Below, one piece after another: positions 7,471-14,727 of a stretch of DNA of 14,727 bases (positions are counted from its first letter, which is position 1; each line of letters starts with the position of its first letter). The notes below the pieces were generated by a model, which saw only the letters and a program-made list of their open reading frames with translations, was not told the origin of the DNA and searched no databases. The position numbers and the translations under genes are program-made. Source of the stretch: a virus (taxonomy: Duplodnaviria > Heunggongvirae > Uroviricota > Caudoviricetes); the IMG/VR virus record IMGVR_UViG_2579778539_000002; one strand, written 5' to 3'.

Positions 7471-8064
7471 ATGCTTATTGGCTATGTACGCGTGTCAACA
7501 AATGACCAGAACACGGAATTGCAGCGTAACGCGCTGGAGTGCGCAGGATGCGAGCGGATTTTTGAGGATAAAATCAGCGGCACGAAGTCCGACCGACCGG
7601 GACTGAAAAAACTGCTCAGAACATTATCAGCAGGTGACACTCTGGTAGTCTGGAAGCTGGACCGGCTGGGGCGTAGTATGCGGCATCTGGTCATTCTGGT
7701 TGAGGAGCTGCGCGAACGCGGCGTTAATTTTCGCAGCCTGACAGATGCTATTGATACCAGCACGCCGATGGGGCGTTTTTTCTTTCATGTGATGGGTGCC
7801 CTGGCTGAAATGGAGCGAGAACTCATTGTCGAGCGGACACGCGCTGGACTGGAAGCGGCCAGAGCCAAAGGGCGTATTGGTGGCAGACGTCCGAAGCTCA
7901 CCGCGAGTGAGTGGGAGCAGGCCGGGCGGTTGCTGGCTGCGGGGGAATCTCGTCAACGTGTGGCGCTGATTTTTGATATTGGCCTGTCCACGCTCTATAA
8001 AAAATTCCCCTCATCAGCGACAAAGAATAAATTGTGTCATCCCTTAGCCAACCGGGACAAATAG
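7471..8064 (+). CDS. Serine site-specific DNA invertase, Gin/Cin/Pin/Hin family (197 aa from ATG 7471; in-frame ATG at 7465 would add 2 aa)
   Basis: N-terminus MLIGYVRVSTNDQNTELQRNAL carries the catalytic-serine motif (Ser9) typical of small serine recombinases and is near-identical to Gin/Pin as recalled. C-terminal HTH-like region (GLSTLYKKFP). AGGGGG Shine-Dalgarno 6 nt before 7471. Confidence 0.9.
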   Translation: MLIGYVRVSTNDQNTELQRNALECAGCERIFEDKISGTKSDRPGLKKLLRTLSAGDTLVVWKLDRLGRSMRHLVILVEELRERGVNFRSLTDAIDTSTPMGRFFFHVMGALAEMERELIVERTRAGLEAARAKGRIGGRRPKLTASEWEQAGRLLAAGESRQRVALIFDIGLSTLYKKFPSSATKNKLCHPLANRDK

Positions 8065-8123
8065 CCTGACATCTCCGGCACAACTGAAAATACCACTCAC
8101 CCATTAACCACGGAGTTAAACGG

Positions 8124-9314
8124 ATGAGTGACTATCATCACGGCGTGCAGGTGCTGGAGATTAACGACGGCACCCGCGTCATTTCCACCGTATCCACTGC
8201 CATTGTCGGCATGGTCTGCACGGCCAGCGATGCGGATGCGGAAACCTTCCCCCTCAATAAACCTGTGCTGATTACCAATGTGCAGAGCGCAATTGCAAAG
8301 GCCGGTAAAAAAGGCACGCTGGCAGCATCGTTGCAGGCCATCGCTGACCAGTCAAAACCGGTCACCGTTGTCGTGCGTGTGGAAGACGGCACCGGCGACG
8401 ACGAAGAAACGAAACTCGCGCAGACCGTTTCCAATATCATCGGCACCACCGACGAAAACGGTCAGTACACCGGACTGAAAGCCCTGCTGGCGGCGGAGTC
8501 GGTTACCGGTGTTAAACCGCGTATTCTTGGTGTGCCGGGACTGGACACCAAAGAGGTGGCGGTTGCACTGGCATCCGTCTGTCAGAAGCTGCGCGCTTTC
8601 GGGTATATCAGCGCATGGGGCTGTAAAACCATTTCCGAGGTGAAAGCCTACCGCCAGAATTTCAGCCAGCGTGAGCTGATGGTCATCTGGCCGGATTTCC
8701 TCGCATGGGATACGGTCACCAGTACCACCGCCACCGCGTATGCCACCGCCCGTGCGCTGGGTCTGCGTGCCAAAATCGACCAGGAGCAGGGCTGGCATAA
8801 AACGCTGTCCAACGTCGGGGTGAACGGTGTTACCGGCATCAGCGCATCTGTATTCTGGGATTTGCAGGAGTCCGGCACCGATGCTGACCTGCTTAACGAG
8901 TCAGGCGTCACAACGCTGATTCGCCGTGACGGTTTCCGCTTCTGGGGTAACCGTACCTGCTCTGATGACCCGCTGTTCCTCTTTGAAAACTACACCCGCA
9001 CCGCGCAGGTGCTGGCCGACACGATGGCTGAGGCGCATATGTGGGCGGTGGACAAGCCTATCACCGCAACGCTGATTCGCGACATCGTTGACGGCATCAA
9101 TGCCAAATTCCGTGAGCTGAAAACAAACGGTTATATCGTGGATGCGACCTGCTGGTTCAGCGAAGAATCCAACGATGCGGAAACCCTTAAGGCCGGAAAA
9201 CTGTATATCGACTACGACTATACCCCGGTGCCTCCTCTTGAAAACCTGACCCTGCGCCAGCGTATTACCGATAAATACCTGGCAAATCTGGTCACCTCGG
9301 TTAACAGCAATTAA
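8124..9314 (+). CDS. FI: Contractile tail sheath protein FI (396 aa)
   Basis: Length matches P2 FI. GGAG RBS. Followed by the tube gene. Confidence 0.9.
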   Translation: MSDYHHGVQVLEINDGTRVISTVSTAIVGMVCTASDADAETFPLNKPVLITNVQSAIAKAGKKGTLAASLQAIADQSKPVTVVVRVEDGTGDDEETKLAQTVSNIIGTTDENGQYTGLKALLAAESVTGVKPRILGVPGLDTKEVAVALASVCQKLRAFGYISAWGCKTISEVKAYRQNFSQRELMVIWPDFLAWDTVTSTTATAYATARALGLRAKIDQEQGWHKTLSNVGVNGVTGISASVFWDLQESGTDADLLNESGVTTLIRRDGFRFWGNRTCSDDPLFLFENYTRTAQVLADTMAEAHMWAVDKPITATLIRDIVDGINAKFRELKTNGYIVDATCWFSEESNDAETLKAGKLYIDYDYTPVPPLENLTLRQRITDKYLANLVTSVNSN

Positions 9315-9326
9315 GGAGCCTGACCG

Positions 9327-9845
9327 ATGGCAATGCCGCGCAAACTCAAGTTAATGAACGTCTTTCTGAACGGCTACAGCTATCAGGGCGTTGCAAAGTC
9401 CGTCACGCTGCCAAAACTGACCCGTAAGCTCGAAAACTATCGCGGTGCGGGGATGAACGGCAGCGCACCGGTAGACCTCGGCCTTGATGACGATGCGCTG
9501 TCAATGGAGTGGTCGCTCGGGGGCTTCCCGGATTCGGTTATCTGGGAGCTTTACGCCGCAACCGGCGTGGATGCCGTGCCGATTCGTTTTGCAGGCTCTT
9601 ACCAGCGCGACGATACCGGCGAAACGGTGGCCGTCGAAGTGGTCATGCGTGGACGTCAGAAAGAAATCGACACCGGCGAGGGCAAACAGGGAGAAGACAC
9701 CGAGTCGAAAATCTCCGTGGTCTGCACCTATTTCCGGCTGACGATGGACGGTAAGGAGCTGGTCGAAATTGACACCATCAACATGATTGAAAAGGTGAAC
9801 GGCGTCGACCGGCTGGAGCAACACCGCCGCAATATCGGCCTGTGA
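9327..9845 (+). CDS. FII: Tail tube protein FII (172 aa)
   Basis: Length matches P2 FII. AAGGAG RBS at 9313-9318. Synteny. Confidence 0.85.
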   Translation: MAMPRKLKLMNVFLNGYSYQGVAKSVTLPKLTRKLENYRGAGMNGSAPVDLGLDDDALSMEWSLGGFPDSVIWELYAATGVDAVPIRFAGSYQRDDTGETVAVEVVMRGRQKEIDTGEGKQGEDTESKISVVCTYFRLTMDGKELVEIDTINMIEKVNGVDRLEQHRRNIGL

Positions 9846-9850
9846 TTTTC

Positions 9851-9871
9851 ATCCGGTCAGCCTGGCTGGCC
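9851..9871 (+). other. GC-rich hairpin (CCGGTCAGCC / GGCTGGCCGG arms) immediately after the FII stop
   Basis: Near-perfect inverted repeat read from the sequence. Only TT follows, so it is at best a weak or partial terminator or an RNA-stability element. Confidence 0.35.
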
Positions 9872-9901
9872 GGTTAACCCTGATTCAGAAGTGAGAAAAC
9901 C

Positions 9902-10177
9902 ATGAACAAAGAAAATGTCATTACCCTGGACAATCCGGTCAAACGTGGTGAGCAGGTTATCGAACAGGTCACGCTGATGAAACCCAATGCCGGGACGCTA
10001 CGCGGTGTCAGTCTGGCTGCGGTTGCAAACTCCGAAGTCGATGCACTGATTAAGGTGCTGCCGCGCATGACGGCACCGATGCTGACCGAGCAGGAAGTCG
10101 CCGCGCTGGAACTGCCTGACCTTGTGGCGCTGGCCGGTAAGGTGGTCGGTTTTTTGTCGCCGAACTCGGTGCAGTGA
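9902..10177 (+). CDS. E: Tail assembly chaperone gpE (91 aa)
   Basis: Length matches P2 gpE. Lies between tube and tape measure, the conserved chaperone position. Confidence 0.75.
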   Translation: MNKENVITLDNPVKRGEQVIEQVTLMKPNAGTLRGVSLAAVANSEVDALIKVLPRMTAPMLTEQEVAALELPDLVALAGKVVGFLSPNSVQ

Positions 10178-10329
10178 CGTTTCCAAAAAATCTCTCGGTC
10201 GATGACCTGATGGCGGATGTGGCAGTGATATTTCACTGGCCGCCATCAGAACTGTATCCCATGAGCCTGACCGAACTCATCACATGGCGCGAAAAGGCGC
10301 TCCGGCGAAGCGGAAACACGAATGAGTAA
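9902..10329 (+). CDS. E+E' fusion made by programmed -1 frameshift (about 143 aa)
   Basis: Heptamer T_TTT_TTG at 10150..10156 is in the correct phase of the E frame. The -1 frame is open from there to TAA at 10327-10329, overlapping the T start. Confidence 0.6.
10150..10156 (+). promoter_or_regulatory. -1 ribosomal frameshift slippery heptamer T_TTT_TTG for E/E'
   Basis: X_XXY_YYZ pattern in the E zero frame, 7 codons before the E stop. Conserved tail chaperone frameshift arrangement. Confidence 0.6.
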
Positions 10330-12769
10330 CAATGTAAAATTACAGGTATTGCTCAGGGCTGTTGACCAGGCATCCCGCCCGTTTAAATCCATCCGCACAG
10401 CGAGTAAGTCGCTGTCGGGGGATATCCGGGAAACACAAAAATCACTGCGCGAGCTGAACGGTCACGCATCCCGTATTGAGGGATTCCGCAAGACCAGTGC
10501 ACAGCTCGCCGTGACTGGTCATGCACTTGAAAAGGCACGGCAGGAGGCCGAAGCCCTTGCCACACAGTTTAAAAACACCGAACGTCCGACCCGTGCTCAG
10601 GCGAAAGTGCTGGAATCAGCAAAGCGAGCGGCGGAGGACTTACAGGCGAAATATAACCGCCTGACGGATTCCGTTAAACGCCAGCAGCGGGAACTGGCCG
10701 CTGTGGGAATTAATACCCGCAATCTTGCACATGATGAGCAGGGGCTGAAAAACCGTATCAGTGAAACCACCGCACAGCTTAATCGTCAGCGCGACGCACT
10801 GGCGCGTGTCAGTGCGCAACAGGCAAAACTTAACGCAGTAAAACAGCGTTATCAGGCCGGAAAGGAACTGGCCGGAAATATGGCCTCAGTGGGCGCTGCC
10901 GGTGTGGGGATTGCGGCGGCGGGAACGATGGCCGGAGTTAAGCTGCTGATGCCAGGTTATGAGTTTGCGCAGAAAAACTCAGAATTGCAGGCCGTGCTAG
11001 GAGTGGCAAAAGACTCCGCCGAAATGACCGCACTCCGCAAGCAGGCGCGCCAGCTCGGCGACAATACCGCAGCCTCGGCGGATGATGCGGCCGGTGCGCA
11101 GATTATTATTGCGAAAGCCGGTGGGGATGTTGATGCCATTCAGGCGGCAACGCCGGTCACGCTGAACATGGCGCTGGCGAACCGCCGCACGATGGAAGAA
11201 AACGCCGCCCTGCTGATGGGGATGAAATCCGCCTTTCAGCTTTCAAACGATAAGGTCGCTCATATCGGGGATGTTCTCTCCATGACGATGAACAAAACCG
11301 CCGCCGATTTTGACGGCATGAGCGATGCGCTGACCTATGCCGCACCTGTGGCAAAAAATGCCGGTGTCAGCATTGAAGAAACCGCCGCAATGGTCGGGGC
11401 GCTGCATGATGCAAAAATCACAGGCTCAATGGCGGGGACGGGAAGCCGTGCCGTGTTAAGCCGCCTGCAGGCACCGACGGGAAAAGCATGGGATGCACTC
11501 AAAGAGCTTGGAGTGAAAACCTCAGACAGCAAGGGAAACACCCGGCCAATATTTACCATTCTGAAAGAAATGCAGGCCAGTTTTGAGAAAAACCGGCTCG
11601 GTACTGCCCAGCAGGCTGAATACATGAAAACTATTTTCGGGGAGGAGGCCAGCTCAGCCGCCGCCGTGCTGATGACTGCCGCCTCAACCGGAAAGCTGGA
11701 CAAACTGACCGCTGCGTTTAAAGCCTCAGACGGGAAGACCGCCGAGCTGGTAAATATCATGCAGGACAACCTAGGCGGTGACTTTAAAGAGTTTCAGTCC
11801 GCTTATGAGGCAGTGGGGACTGACCTGTTTGACCAGCAGGAAGGCGCGCTGCGTAAGCTCACGCAGACGGCCACAAAGTATGTGTTAAAACTCGACGGCT
11901 GGATCAAGAAAAACAAATCACTGGCGTCAACCATCGGCCTCATTGTCGGTGGTGCACTGGCGCTTATTGGCATCATCGGTGCCATTGGTCTTGTCGCCTG
12001 GCCGGTTATCACCGGCATCAATGCCATCATCGCGGCAGCAGGCGCAATGGGGGCAGTCTTCACGACGGTTGGCAGTGCTGTTATGACCGCCATCGGGGCT
12101 ATTAGCTGGCCGGTTGTGGCCGTGGTGGCCGCAATTGTCGCCGGGGCGTTGCTTATCCGTAAATACTGGGAGCCTGTCAGCGCATTCTTTGGCGGTGTGG
12201 TTGAAGGGCTGAAAGTGGCATTTGCGCCGGTGGGGGAACTGTTCACGCCACTTAAGCCGGTGTTTGACTGGCTGGGTGAAAAGTTACAGGCCGCGTGGCA
12301 GTGGTTTAAAAACCTGATTGCCCCGGTCAAAGCCACTCAGGACACCCTGAACCGTTGCCGTGACACGGGGGTCATGTTCGGGCAGGCACTGGCTGACGCG
12401 CTGATGCTGCCGCTTAATGCGTTCAACAAACTGCGCAGTGGTATTGACTGGGTACTGGAAAAACTCGGTGTTATCAACAAAGAGTCAGACACACTTGACC
12501 AGACCGCCGCCAGAACTCAAGCCGCCACGTATGGCAGCGGTGGTTATATTCCGGCGACCAGCTCTTATGCAGGCTATCAGGCTTATCAGCCGGTCACGGC
12601 ACCGGCTGGCCGCTCTTATGTGGACCAGAGTAAAAACGAATATCACATCAGCCTGACGGGTGGCACTGCGCCGGGGACACAGCTTGACCGCCAGTTACAG
12701 GATGCGCTCGAAAAATACGAGCGGGATAAACGTGCGCGCGCTCGTGCCAGCATGATGCATGACGGTTAA
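10322..12769 (+). CDS. T: Tail tape measure protein T (815 aa)
   Basis: Length matches P2 gpT. Long coiled-coil-like N-terminal part, Gly/Ala-rich hydrophobic segment near aa 540-600, position after E/E'. Confidence 0.9.
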   Translation: MSNNVKLQVLLRAVDQASRPFKSIRTASKSLSGDIRETQKSLRELNGHASRIEGFRKTSAQLAVTGHALEKARQEAEALATQFKNTERPTRAQAKVLESAKRAAEDLQAKYNRLTDSVKRQQRELAAVGINTRNLAHDEQGLKNRISETTAQLNRQRDALARVSAQQAKLNAVKQRYQAGKELAGNMASVGAAGVGIAAAGTMAGVKLLMPGYEFAQKNSELQAVLGVAKDSAEMTALRKQARQLGDNTAASADDAAGAQIIIAKAGGDVDAIQAATPVTLNMALANRRTMEENAALLMGMKSAFQLSNDKVAHIGDVLSMTMNKTAADFDGMSDALTYAAPVAKNAGVSIEETAAMVGALHDAKITGSMAGTGSRAVLSRLQAPTGKAWDALKELGVKTSDSKGNTRPIFTILKEMQASFEKNRLGTAQQAEYMKTIFGEEASSAAAVLMTAASTGKLDKLTAAFKASDGKTAELVNIMQDNLGGDFKEFQSAYEAVGTDLFDQQEGALRKLTQTATKYVLKLDGWIKKNKSLASTIGLIVGGALALIGIIGAIGLVAWPVITGINAIIAAAGAMGAVFTTVGSAVMTAIGAISWPVVAVVAAIVAGALLIRKYWEPVSAFFGGVVEGLKVAFAPVGELFTPLKPVFDWLGEKLQAAWQWFKNLIAPVKATQDTLNRCRDTGVMFGQALADALMLPLNAFNKLRSGIDWVLEKLGVINKESDTLDQTAARTQAATYGSGGYIPATSSYAGYQAYQPVTAPAGRSYVDQSKNEYHISLTGGTAPGTQLDRQLQDALEKYERDKRARARASMMHDG

Positions 12770-12783
12770 GGAGGTGACGAAAA

Positions 12784-13263
12784 ATGATGCTCGCGTTAGG
12801 TATGTTTGTTTTTATGCGCCAGACGCTGCCACACCAGACCATGCAGCGTGAATCAGATTATCGCTGGCCGTCAAATTCCCGTATCGGTAAACGGGACGCT
12901 TTTCAGTTTCTCGGTGTGGGTGAGGAAAACATCACGCTGGCCGGTGTGCTTTATCCCGAACTGACCGGCGGCAAGCTGACGATGACCACGCTCAGGCTGA
13001 TGGCAGAGGAGGGGCGGGCGTGGCCGTTGCTGGATGGCACCGGCATGATTTACGGCATGTATGTCATCAGCAGGGTGAGTGAAACAGGGAGTATTTTCTT
13101 TGCAGACGGCACACCCCGGAAAATTGATTTTACGCTGTCACTCACCCGCGTTGATGAATCACTGGCCGCGCTTTATGGCGATATCGGTAAACAGGCGGAA
13201 TCGCTCATCGGTAAGGCCGGCAGTATGGCGACCAGATTCACAGGTATGACGGGGGCGGGATAA
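12784..13263 (+). CDS. U: Tail protein gpU (159 aa)
   Basis: Length matches P2 gpU. AGGAGG RBS at 12769-12774. Synteny. Confidence 0.8.
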   Translation: MMLALGMFVFMRQTLPHQTMQRESDYRWPSNSRIGKRDAFQFLGVGEENITLAGVLYPELTGGKLTMTTLRLMAEEGRAWPLLDGTGMIYGMYVISRVSETGSIFFADGTPRKIDFTLSLTRVDESLAALYGDIGKQAESLIGKAGSMATRFTGMTGAG

Positions 13264-14426
13264 TGCTGGATGCGCTGACATTTGATGCAGGCAGTACGCT
13301 GACGCCGGATTACATGCTGATGCTCGACAGCAGGGATATTACCGGCAATATCAGCGACCGTCTGATGAGCATGACCCTGACGGATAACCGGGGCTTTGAG
13401 GCTGACCAGCTTGATATTGAACTGAACGATGCCGACGGGCAGGTCGGGCTGCCGGTTCGTGGCGCTGTCCTGACGGTGTATATCGGCTGGAAAGGTTTTG
13501 CCCTGGTATGCAAAGGGAAATTTACCGTTGATGAGGTTGAACACCGGGGCGCACCGGATGTAGTCACCATCCGCGCCCGGAGTGCAGATTTTCGCGGGAC
13601 GCTCAATTCCCGCCGGGAAGGCTCCTGGCATGACACCACGCTCGGTGCGATTGTTAAGGCGATAGCCACCCGTAACAGGCTGGAAGCCAGTGTCGCTCCG
13701 TCACTGGCCGGAATAAAAATTCCACACATCGACCAGTCGCAGGAGTCTGATGCGAAATTCCTGACCCGTCTTGCAGAACGCAACGGCGGTGAGGTGTCGG
13801 TAAAAATGGGAAAACTGTTGTTTCTCAAAGCGGGGCAGGGAGTGACGGCCAGCGGTAAAAAAATCCCGCAGGTCACCATAACCCGCAGCGACGGCGACCG
13901 CCATCATTTTGCGATTGCTGACCGTGGAGCCTACACCGGTGTAACGGCAAAATGGCTACACACTAAAGACCCGAAGCCGCAAAAGCAGAAGGTAAAACTG
14001 AAACGCAAAAAGAAAGAGAAACACCTGCGCGCACTGGAGCACCCGAAAGCGAAACCGGTCAGGCAGAAGAAAGCGCCAAAAGTACCGGAAGCGCGCGAAG
14101 GTGAATACATGGCCGGTGAGGCTGACAACGTTTTTGCCCTGACCACGGTATATGCCACGAAAGCGCAGGCCATGCGCGCCGCTCAGGCGAAGTGGGATAA
14201 ACTGCAACGGGGTGTGGCGGAGTTCTCCATCAGCCTGGCTACCGGTCGGGCAGATATTTACACGGAAACACCGGTCAAAGTGTCAGGCTTTAAGCGTGTC
14301 ATAGACGAGCAGGACTGGACAATCACTAAGGTGACACATTTTCTGAATAATAGCGGCTTCACGACGTCCTTAGAGCTTGAGGTAAGGCTTTCTGATGTGG
14401 AGTACGAAACCGAAGATGATGAGTGA
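13263..14426 (+). CDS. D: Tail protein gpD (387 aa)
   Basis: Length matches P2 gpD. Start overlaps the U stop (TAATG). Lys-rich linker in the middle. Confidence 0.8.
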   Translation: MLDALTFDAGSTLTPDYMLMLDSRDITGNISDRLMSMTLTDNRGFEADQLDIELNDADGQVGLPVRGAVLTVYIGWKGFALVCKGKFTVDEVEHRGAPDVVTIRARSADFRGTLNSRREGSWHDTTLGAIVKAIATRNRLEASVAPSLAGIKIPHIDQSQESDAKFLTRLAERNGGEVSVKMGKLLFLKAGQGVTASGKKIPQVTITRSDGDRHHFAIADRGAYTGVTAKWLHTKDPKPQKQKVKLKRKKKEKHLRALEHPKAKPVRQKKAPKVPEAREGEYMAGEADNVFALTTVYATKAQAMRAAQAKWDKLQRGVAEFSISLATGRADIYTETPVKVSGFKRVIDEQDWTITKVTHFLNNSGFTTSLELEVRLSDVEYETEDDE

Positions 14427-14445
14427 TGTGTTTTATTTTATCTGT

Positions 14446-14474
14446 TTGTTTTATAAGGATAAATTAACTAAAAT
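14446..14474 (+). promoter_or_regulatory. Candidate sigma70 promoter for ogr (-35 TTGTTT, 17-bp spacer, -10 TAAAAT)
   Basis: Read by eye in the AT-rich D-ogr gap. ogr is known to have its own promoter in P2. Not verified. Confidence 0.25.
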
Positions 14475-14508
14475 GGCAACATCAACAAAACCGGAAGAGG
14501 TGCTCGCA

Positions 14509-14727
14509 ATGTTTCATTGTCCTTTATGCCAGCATGCCGCACATGCGCGTACAAGTCGCTATATCACTGACACGACAAAAGAGCGTTATCACCAGTGTCA
14601 GAACGTGAATTGCAGCGCCACATTCATCACTTATGAGTCGGTACAGCGATATATCGTGAAGCCGGGAGAAGTCCACGCCGTAAGGCCGCACCCGTTGCCA
14701 TCAGGGCAGCAAATTATGTGGATGTAA
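14509..14727 (+). CDS. ogr: Ogr, zinc-finger late gene transcription activator (72 aa)
   Basis: MFHCPLCQHAAHARTSRYITDTTKERYHQCQNVNCSATF... carries the Cys4 motif (CxxC...CxxxxC) and matches P2 Ogr as I recall it. GAGG RBS 8 nt upstream. Last gene before the expected att/int region. Confidence 0.85.
   Translation: MFHCPLCQHAAHARTSRYITDTTKERYHQCQNVNCSATFITYESVQRYIVKPGEVHAVRPHPLPSGQQIMWM

Noticed and set aside
7627-7956. 109-aa minus-strand ORF (and 7482..7763) inside the invertase gene
   Set aside because: Antisense to a confidently identified recombinase gene.
11803-12336. 177-aa and 144-aa (11335..11769) minus-strand ORFs inside T
   Set aside because: Antisense to the tape measure gene. 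Their Ala-rich composition mirrors the Gly/Ala-rich sense strand.
13310-13879. 189-aa minus-strand ORF inside D
   Set aside because: Antisense to D with no supporting signals.
13966-14090. Lys-rich low-complexity stretch (KPQKQKVKLKRKKKEK...)
   Set aside because: It is an in-frame basic linker within gpD, not a DNA repeat, CRISPR array or separate gene.
14395-14508. Six-frame ORF extending ogr upstream to 14395
   Set aside because: The extension begins inside the D coding region and crosses the AT-rich promoter gap. The conserved Ogr N-terminus and RBS place the start at 14509.
1-14727. CRISPR arrays, tRNA/rRNA genes, IS elements or integrase
   Set aside because: No regularly spaced direct repeats, no tRNA-like structures and no transposase or integrase ORFs are visible. 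The window ends at ogr, before the expected att/int region.

Overview
This window is almost entirely the late tail/lysis-end region of a P2-like (Peduovirus-type) temperate myovirus or prophage, probably from an enterobacterial host. All core genes are on the + strand in P2 order: 3' end of endolysin K, lysA, overlapping lysB/lysC spanins, tail completion R and S, baseplate V-W-J-I, tail fibre H, fibre assembly G, sheath FI, tube FII, chaperone E (with an E+E' -1 frameshift), tape measure T, U, D and the late activator ogr. Most ORF lengths match what I recall for P2 (recall only, no search was run). The one accessory module lies between G and FI, where P2 carries Z/fun. It is a Gin/Cin/Pin/Hin-family serine DNA invertase (7471..8064) next to a ~1.9 kb segment holding a second tail fibre C-terminal segment and a second fibre assembly gene on the minus strand. 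The segment is bounded by a 15-bp perfect inverted repeat (5496..5510 and 7389..7403) inside 26-bp hix/gix-like sites, and the left site lies in frame within H. I read this as a Mu G-segment-type host-range switch grafted onto a P2-type tail; this class of system is well described, so it is a notable mosaic rather than a new mechanism. No rRNA, tRNA, CRISPR array or IS element was seen, and intergenic gaps are too short to hide further cargo genes.
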